From the IMG/VR virus record IMGVR_UViG_3300017963_000025, positions 21,382-85,381 of that record: a stretch of DNA of 64,000 bases; one strand, given 5' to 3'. The notes under the pieces were generated by a model. That model did no database searches. It was not told the origin of the DNA and worked only from the letters and a program-made list of their open reading frames with translations. Position numbers and translations under genes: made by a program. This stretch comes from a virus. Below, in pieces: positions 57,692-64,000 of the stretch. How positions within the stretch are numbered: the stretch's first letter is position 1; each line of letters begins with the position of its first letter.

Positions 57692-58356
57692 TGGAACGAA
57701 CCGAATATACATTTGATTTGCAAAGCGAATGCCCGACCGGTCCGTGTCGTCCGTGTTGCGGCGTCTGTAATTTCGGACTGAAACAGGTGGCAGAGGATAT
57801 GTGGGAATCCGTATTGCTGCCACGTTTGGTGGGAGATCGGACGCCCTATTGCTATATATTGACAGCGGATTATGATCCGATATGCGGAAATTGGCAAGAT
57901 ATCACCCCTCCGAATAATTGGGGTAGCAACACTGCCGTATGGGCCACTGATGAGGAAGGAAATTATTGGGGACCGACAAATGACACCATCAGTTATGTCC
58001 GTTTTCGCCGGGCGGGATTACAGGGGCCTTCCGGGGATTTGATCCGGCGACCCTATGACATATGCGAATGTTGGCGATTTACATTTGAGGGGCTGTCTTC
58101 TGCCCATGCGGATTACACCTACGCATGTTTCAATCTGCCACCTGATATTCAATTTTATAACATTGGTATTAGCGAGACTATAAGTTCCGGTGTGCCGTTT
58201 ACCTATCAATTTTCCACCGCACGACGAAACTGTTTCAATTCCGGAAGGGATGTATTCCAGTTTTACAGTGTGGGTCTTAATCATCCGGCCTATCCGGAAG
58301 CGCAACCATTGGGGCCTGATTTTAAAATCAGGAAAATAGAGGTATCCAGATTATAG
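57691..58356 (+). CDS. hypothetical tail protein with Cys-rich N-terminus
   Basis: CPTGPCRPCCGVC. Confidence 0.5.
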   Translation: MERTEYTFDLQSECPTGPCRPCCGVCNFGLKQVAEDMWESVLLPRLVGDRTPYCYILTADYDPICGNWQDITPPNNWGSNTAVWATDEEGNYWGPTNDTISYVRFRRAGLQGPSGDLIRRPYDICECWRFTFEGLSSAHADYTYACFNLPPDIQFYNIGISETISSGVPFTYQFSTARRNCFNSGRDVFQFYSVGLNHPAYPEAQPLGPDFKIRKIEVSRL

Positions 58357-58372
58357 GAGAGAGGAGAACGCC

Positions 58373-58849
58373 ATGCCGTGGCTATTCGGATTAATGCAAC
58401 TTGGCACGGTGTCGGAAGTCGGCACCCATTTGAATATTCAGGATTCGTTTACCGGCGAACACGTACCGGTGGGGGGTATCGTCGGGTATGACGGGGATTA
58501 TCTGCAAACCGTGGTGGCCGGGTATGCGGGAATGGTGCTCGAACGGAAAGGTGTTGGTCTGGGCGTTGGGAACGAAACCTCTTACCGCGATTGTAAGCGA
58601 AAAACAGAGATTGTTATCAAAATATTGTGCAGTGACAATGTTAGTATCGGTGCTCGGATCAAACTACGGGACGCATTCGGGGAAATTATGTATCTTCCGA
58701 ACCAGACACTTACCCAGACAGGAATTACGGAAAACGGGCAATATCTGGCCGAATTGCACCTTTCCAAAACATACGGAGCGGCGGAATTCGCAGTGAGGGT
58801 GACATCACTCGCATCCGGCACAGCGGATATTTGGCTGGCCAGTGTTTGA
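58373..58849 (+). CDS. hypothetical structural protein
   Basis: GAGGAG RBS. Confidence 0.55.
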   Translation: MPWLFGLMQLGTVSEVGTHLNIQDSFTGEHVPVGGIVGYDGDYLQTVVAGYAGMVLERKGVGLGVGNETSYRDCKRKTEIVIKILCSDNVSIGARIKLRDAFGEIMYLPNQTLTQTGITENGQYLAELHLSKTYGAAEFAVRVTSLASGTADIWLASV

Positions 58850-58852
58850 CCG

Positions 58853-58870
58853 TCCGCAAACGTTTGCGGA
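58853..58870. repeat. 18-bp palindrome copy 16
   Basis: Exact; TGA-CCG-palindrome. Confidence 0.95.
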
Positions 58871-58895
58871 TACTAAAAGAAAGGAAATTTAGAAA

Positions 58896-59513
58896 ATGAC
58901 AATGATTAAAAAAACCGATTCGGTAACCGAAGCGGACGCCGCCTATCGGGATTCAAACATTCAAATCAGCGGGGTCAACGCACGTGTGCAATTGGTGGAC
59001 ACTATTTCAATGATTGGCACGAGCATGACCTACGGAACGCCAACGCGAACGGTCACAACGGACGACGCGGCGCAGATTACCAACCCGCTCACATCCACGG
59101 GCGCAAACGGGTTGCAGGACACCGCGCTTGATCTGACATCGGATGACAAAAATATTCTTACAGTGGCAGTGGATTTTCAATCCACGGCTGCGGACGGGTA
59201 CGTAATCATCATGCCATTACTATTGGACGGATCGGACAATGCGTTTTCCGCATTGTGGCCAAAAATATTCCAGGGCTATTATGACGGCGGATTGTCCACC
59301 CCGGTAAATATCGGCGGCACATACATTCTTACCCCGATGCAATCCTGGATTATTCGGAATGCGGCGAAAGTGGCGCTGTTCGCCATGCTCCGAAGCGCCA
59401 CCGAGGCAAGGATTTACGCAGAACTGACAACCGGTCCCGTGGATGATTTTGTGTCGTTGAAAGCGGAAAGTGCGTATGGGCAATGGTCCGCGATTGCCGG
59501 TGGTGGTGAATAA
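58896..59513 (+). CDS. hypothetical structural protein
   Basis: AAGGA RBS, 205 aa. Confidence 0.55.
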   Translation: MTMIKKTDSVTEADAAYRDSNIQISGVNARVQLVDTISMIGTSMTYGTPTRTVTTDDAAQITNPLTSTGANGLQDTALDLTSDDKNILTVAVDFQSTAADGYVIIMPLLLDGSDNAFSALWPKIFQGYYDGGLSTPVNIGGTYILTPMQSWIIRNAAKVALFAMLRSATEARIYAELTTGPVDDFVSLKAESAYGQWSAIAGGGE

Positions 59514-59529
59514 TTTGCGGAGTGGAAAA

Positions 59530-59754
59530 ATGCCTTTTGAAATTGATGTTGGAAAATCGACATGGGATGAATCCAAACTTGCATTGATTATGATGATTTC
59601 AAATTTGCAAGATGACGTGCGCGAACTACAAGTTGAAAATCGGAAACGGGAGGCATGGCAGACTGCTATGGGGGTGAAATTTGCCACTATCGGAATTGGT
59701 TTGGGGTTGTTGGTCCAATTTTTGCCGGAGATTGTCAAATGGCTAAAAAAATGA
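59530..59754 (+). CDS. holin/XhlA-like membrane protein
   Basis: Short coiled coil then C-terminal TM helix and basic tail. Confidence 0.45.
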   Translation: MPFEIDVGKSTWDESKLALIMMISNLQDDVRELQVENRKREAWQTAMGVKFATIGIGLGLLVQFLPEIVKWLKK

Positions 59755-60812
59755 CCGATGTCTACGGGAAGATTCTGTATTGCATCACCTATAAATGGTA
59801 CGGGATTCCCAAGGGGCTTCGTACCATTATTTGGTTTGTGTCCTCCACCTGTTTTTTGGCGGGGTGTATTTATTGGACCGTGGACACCCTGAAAGATGTA
59901 ATCTTTCGGCAACCCTCGATCTGGTTTTTGGGGAATATCACAGACCAGTTTTTCAAGTTGGTTGGCAAGGAACCGAGTATTTCAAACTTGTCCGTGATGG
60001 CTGACACGTTGTTGTCCATTATTATCGCGGCGGGGATACGTATCGGCGTGTCCGTGGGATTCGCGGTCAAATTGGTGTGGTCGAAAGACAAGCTAAGCAA
60101 CAGTATTCAGGAAAAAGCTGACAGGCTGAAAGAGGAATTGAAAACCGCGAACTTCAAAATAATTCGGGAACAAGAGGCTCGTGAATTGTCCGACGCACGA
60201 TACCAGAATATTTTCAAGTTCAATGGCCTTGCCAGTTTTCTGATGGACAAGCACACCCTACGGATCGTGGAAGTGAATGAAAAATTCACCCAATTACTCG
60301 GCTATTCACCGGATGATGTGGCGGATCGCTCATTTGTTCCTATTGTACATGATTCCCAACGGGAGAGTGTACGGGGGATTTTTGAGCTATACCGGTCACA
60401 GGGCCGGTCGGATCATGCGATGTTCGAACTACGGGTGTATACGAAAAAAGGGAAAACAATCCGGGTGTTTTTTTCCATGGCTCCGATCAACGGATCTTAT
60501 ATCCACTGTGGATTCTTTTTCCTTAGCTCCACCCCAAAATTCGGGGAGTTGATGAAAGAAATCGGCGTACCGGGAGAGGTGGTCGATGCTATGCTGGCCT
60601 ACCAACGATCCCGTGCGGAACATGATTCACAGTACTCCCCCGTACCTCTTTATTATAGTCAGGACGGAAAAGCCGGGGCCATTACCGTAAATCCGGATGA
60701 GATTGTGTGTCAGGAAGAAACAATACGAATGTTGGCTGACTATTCGGATGGCGATGTCGCCCAAGACGATTTGGATTATGCGGTGGAATGCAAAGTAAAG
60801 AAAAAGGAGTGA
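59751..60812 (+). CDS. membrane-anchored PAS-domain protein
   Basis: Two TM helices, coiled coil, RYQNIF..I.EVN.KF..LLGYSP.D......IVH..D..K.G..I PAS S-box. Confidence 0.8.
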   Translation: MTDVYGKILYCITYKWYGIPKGLRTIIWFVSSTCFLAGCIYWTVDTLKDVIFRQPSIWFLGNITDQFFKLVGKEPSISNLSVMADTLLSIIIAAGIRIGVSVGFAVKLVWSKDKLSNSIQEKADRLKEELKTANFKIIREQEARELSDARYQNIFKFNGLASFLMDKHTLRIVEVNEKFTQLLGYSPDDVADRSFVPIVHDSQRESVRGIFELYRSQGRSDHAMFELRVYTKKGKTIRVFFSMAPINGSYIHCGFFFLSSTPKFGELMKEIGVPGEVVDAMLAYQRSRAEHDSQYSPVPLYYSQDGKAGAITVNPDEIVCQEETIRMLADYSDGDVAQDDLDYAVECKVKKKE

Positions 60813-60816
60813 TATC

Positions 60817-61173
60817 ATGTCATGTGATACCGGCGCAATTACGGATTTTTATCGGGGGGATACCAAAAATATTCTGTTTAATATCACATCCGATGTCTTT
60901 CGAGGGGGGACGGCTTACCTCACTTTTAAGACAGACAAAGACCTCCCGGATGCGGAAGCGTCTCTGTTCAAAACCGCCATGATTGTCGAAAATACGGCCA
61001 ATCCGGGAAATGATTATGTATTGCTGAATATGACAGAGGCGGATTCGCTGTCTCTGGATGTGGGCTGGTATTATGTCGGGGTGCAATTTGAAGATTCGGC
61101 CGGGGCAAACATCAAGACCATCGTAAACGAACGGGTTAGGTGCAAACAACGAAACAGGGAGTATTTGTCATGA
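60817..61173 (+). CDS. BppU-like baseplate upper/adaptor protein
   Basis: FYRGDT..I.F, LTFK, L..GWYY..VQ. Confidence 0.55.
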   Translation: MSCDTGAITDFYRGDTKNILFNITSDVFRGGTAYLTFKTDKDLPDAEASLFKTAMIVENTANPGNDYVLLNMTEADSLSLDVGWYYVGVQFEDSAGANIKTIVNERVRCKQRNREYLS

Positions 61174-64000
61174 GCGAAACCGTAAACATCACGGTGGGAG
61201 ACAACCAAGTTGATGTTATAATCACCGAATGTCTGCTCGGGGCGACCGGCGGTTTGTGGGGGGGTATCACCGGGGATATCAATACGCAAACTGATTTGCA
61301 AACCGCGTTGGGAACAAAAGCGGACCTGACGGATTTTAACACGCATGTCGGGGATGCAACGATTCATTTTACCGAAGGGAACATTGACCACGCCAATATT
61401 CTCAATGTCGGAACCAATACCCACGCCCAGATTGATATCCATATTGCGGACACCTCGGTCCATTTTGCACAGGCGGCGATTTCAATCACCGAATCACAAA
61501 TATCCGATCTGGACAAATACACCCAGGCCCAGGTGGATTTGATGGTGGCCACGGCAAGCGACGAAGCCACCTGGGGGGCGATTACAGGTATTCTCGCCAA
61601 TCAGACGGATTTGCAAGACGCATTGGACACCAAGGCCAGTTATACCGCGTTTGTCACCCACACGGGCAATACGGGAATCCACTTTACAGAGGGGAGTATC
61701 AGCCACAACAATATCCAGGATGTGGGGACAAATTCACATATCGTACTGGACGGGCATTTGGCGAATAGCACCGTGCATTATACCCAATCCGCCATTGACC
61801 ATGCGAATATCCAAAATGCCGGGCTGAAAACGCATAACCAGATTGACAGCCATATTTCAGATACGTCGATTCATTTTACCCAGGGGGCGATTAATATTTC
61901 CGAATCCCAAATTTTTGATCTGGATAAATATACCCAAGCCGAAGTGGACGCGCTAATTGCCGCAGCGGGAGGGGGAGGTGTATGGGGAGGTATTACTGGT
62001 ACGCTGTCAAATCAAATCGACTTGCAAGCCGCGTTGGACGCAAAAACAGATAACACCAATTTTTCGGCGCATACCGGTAACGGGACGATACACTTTGCCC
62101 AAACTGAAATTGACCATGACAATATCCTGAACCGGGGAATTAATACACATGAACAGATTGATACCCATATTGCAAATACGGGTATTCATTATGTCCAATC
62201 ATCCATTGTGATTACCGAATCACAGATCAGTGATTTGGACAAGTATACTCAGGCCGAAGTGGATGCGCTAATCGAGGGTGCCGGTGGCGAAGGTGTGTGG
62301 GGGAGTATTACCGGTATACTGTCAAACCAACTTGACCTGCAAGGCGCATTGGATGACAAGGCCGATCTGACTCAATTTAATAGCCATACGGGTGATACAA
62401 CGATCCATTTTACCGTAGGTAGTATTGACCATAACAGTATTACGAATATCGGATTGAACACCCACGCCCAGATAGACAGCCATATTGGAAATGCCGCGAT
62501 TCACTTTGCCGCAAGTAGTATTGATCATACCGGCATCCTGAATATCGGGTTAAATACCCATGCTCAGATTGATACGCATATTGCGGACGGAACTATTCAT
62601 TTTACCCAGGCAGCCATCTCAATCACCGAATCCCAAATATCCGATCTGGACAAATACACTCAGTCCGAGGTGGACACATTGGTTGCAGGATCATCGGAAA
62701 CCGTTTGGGGGGGCATTACCGGTGTGTTGTCAAATCAAGTCGATTTACAAAACGCGTTGGATGCAAAAGGTGACATGTTTGCATCGGTGTATGATCCGGC
62801 AGTCGGATCAAAGCAAGTTGCGTTTTCAGATTGGACACTGATAGCCGGGGTCGGTTTATCCGGCGGAGGTGATTTGTCCGCAAACCGAACAATTAATTTG
62901 ACGGATACAACCGTGATGGCCGGTAGCTACACCAATGCGAACATTACGATTGACGCACAGGGGAGAATTACGTTTGCAACCAATGGAAATGAGCTGGCTC
63001 CGGGAAGTGTAACCGGAGAAATGGCATATTGGACGGGAACCGAATGGGCCAATACTGGAAATGACCTGGTCTGGGACAGTGTCAACAAACGAATAGAAAT
63101 ATCTGGTATGTCAGGACCCCAAGCAAAATTTTCATATGATGCGTCAAATTATGCCGATGTTCATGTGGATTCAAACGGAGATTTTTTTGTTGATCCTACC
63201 GGAACTAATAATTTCATAGGGAATTATGCCGGTTCAGGGAGCATAGCAACAGATTGTAATGGGATTGGGCGTGGTACGTTAGTAAGAAACGAAGGTAATT
63301 ATTGTGATGCCTTTGGCCAATGGGCATTGTATGAAAACAAGGGCCATTCATGTTCTGCCCAAGGACGTTCTTCTTTATATGCGAATATTGGAAATGAATG
63401 TAACGGCCAGGGTAATTATTGCCTCAGGAACAATATGGGAAGTTACTGTAACGCACAGGGATATGAAGCATTATATAATAATTTGGCACCAAGATGCAAT
63501 GCGCAAGGAAGGTCTTCTTTGTATATGAACACAGGTGAGGCATGCAATGGTCTTGCTAATTATTCATTATATATGAATACTGGAATAAATTGCAATGCGG
63601 TTGGGGATGGAGCATTAAAAAATAATGATTCTGATTATGCATCTGCTTTCGGATATCAATCTTGGTTTTCATTTCCGGATGATTTTATAAATCAAAAATC
63701 ATTTGATAATACAGACATAGATATTAATTCTAATAGGATAACAATTATCGCACATGGATTTGGAGCGACAGGAGATTATATCAATTTAAGATATACCGAA
63801 GGGACATCGCCCATAGGCAATATTATTGACCAAGAAATATATCAGGTTAAAATCATAGATGACGATACCATAGGGTTCAATGAACCTGATGGGCCAAATG
63901 GGAGATTAAGAGGAATTTCTATCACAGACGCCGGTACGGGAACCGGGCATACCCTGACTCCGCAGTTTGTATATGATAACACTATCTGCATAGGTAACAA
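61170..64000 (+). CDS. long tail fibre/receptor-binding protein (3' truncated by window)
   Basis: Frame open to window end; WGGITG..DLQ.AL..K and His-rich repeats; GLSGGGDLSANRTI; 16-aa N/C-rich solenoid repeats. Confidence 0.85.
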   Translation, partial: MSETVNITVGDNQVDVIITECLLGATGGLWGGITGDINTQTDLQTALGTKADLTDFNTHVGDATIHFTEGNIDHANILNVGTNTHAQIDIHIADTSVHFAQAAISITESQISDLDKYTQAQVDLMVATASDEATWGAITGILANQTDLQDALDTKASYTAFVTHTGNTGIHFTEGSISHNNIQDVGTNSHIVLDGHLANSTVHYTQSAIDHANIQNAGLKTHNQIDSHISDTSIHFTQGAINISESQIFDLDKYTQAEVDALIAAAGGGGVWGGITGTLSNQIDLQAALDAKTDNTNFSAHTGNGTIHFAQTEIDHDNILNRGINTHEQIDTHIANTGIHYVQSSIVITESQISDLDKYTQAEVDALIEGAGGEGVWGSITGILSNQLDLQGALDDKADLTQFNSHTGDTTIHFTVGSIDHNSITNIGLNTHAQIDSHIGNAAIHFAASSIDHTGILNIGLNTHAQIDTHIADGTIHFTQAAISITESQISDLDKYTQSEVDTLVAGSSETVWGGITGVLSNQVDLQNALDAKGDMFASVYDPAVGSKQVAFSDWTLIAGVGLSGGGDLSANRTINLTDTTVMAGSYTNANITIDAQGRITFATNGNELAPGSVTGEMAYWTGTEWANTGNDLVWDSVNKRIEISGMSGPQAKFSYDASNYADVHVDSNGDFFVDPTGTNNFIGNYAGSGSIATDCNGIGRGTLVRNEGNYCDAFGQWALYENKGHSCSAQGRSSLYANIGNECNGQGNYCLRNNMGSYCNAQGYEALYNNLAPRCNAQGRSSLYMNTGEACNGLANYSLYMNTGINCNAVGDGALKNNDSDYASAFGYQSWFSFPDDFINQKSFDNTDIDINSNRITIIAHGFGATGDYINLRYTEGTSPIGNIIDQEIYQVKIIDDDTIGFNEPDGPNGRLRGISITDAGTGTGHTLTPQFVYDNTICIGN

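Noticed and set aside
769-58870. Palindromes as a CRISPR array paired with the Cas4-like gene
   Set aside because: Copies are kilobases apart with genes between them, there is no spacer periodicity or cas1/cas2, and Cas4-like exonucleases are routine phage recombination genes.
769-58870. Palindromes as intrinsic terminators or IS ends
   Set aside because: No consistent U-tract, several lie mid-operon before highly expressed capsid and tail genes, and no target duplications or intact transposase were seen.
63200-63700. Diversity-generating retroelement target in the fibre tip
   Set aside because: No reverse transcriptase or adenine-specific TR/VR pair seen in the window; the repeats are protein solenoid repeats.

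Overview
64 kb of a large tailed dsDNA bacteriophage genome, probably a siphovirus (tail tube and 1850-aa tape measure, no sheath seen), read with genetic code 11. The host may be an anaerobe such as a Desulfobacterota member, but that is inference only. Layout: recombination nucleases, AAA ATPase, ParB-like protein and terminase (1-10 kb); membrane and small genes, gene fragments and a Mom-like/C5-MTase modification cluster (10-19.3 kb); a mostly minus-strand block of early cassettes driven by repeated consensus sigma70 promoters, around a non-coding repeat-rich ori/terminus-like region (19.3-25 kb); accessory genes including a Type III Mod MTase, HicB-like protein, ferritin and many collapsed pseudogenes (25-40 kb); head, tail and fibre genes (40.5-64 kb). 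No portal, DNA polymerase, integrase, endolysin, tRNA or CRISPR array was recognised. Top observations: (1) an 18-bp palindrome TCCGCAAACGTTTGCGGA occurs 16 times about every 4 kb, mostly at gene 3' ends, in a phage encoding a ParB-family protein; (2) a candidate phage selenoprotein at 54529-54831, with an in-frame UGA at a likely Cys position followed by a bacterial SECIS-like hairpin; (3) a TM-PAS protein with an MshEN-like motif coupled to a holin-like gene; (4) a 96-bp perfect inverted repeat flanking the 4.3-kb ori-like segment; (5) a dual-frame split C5 methyltransferase. Family assignments come from motif recognition by eye, not database searches.
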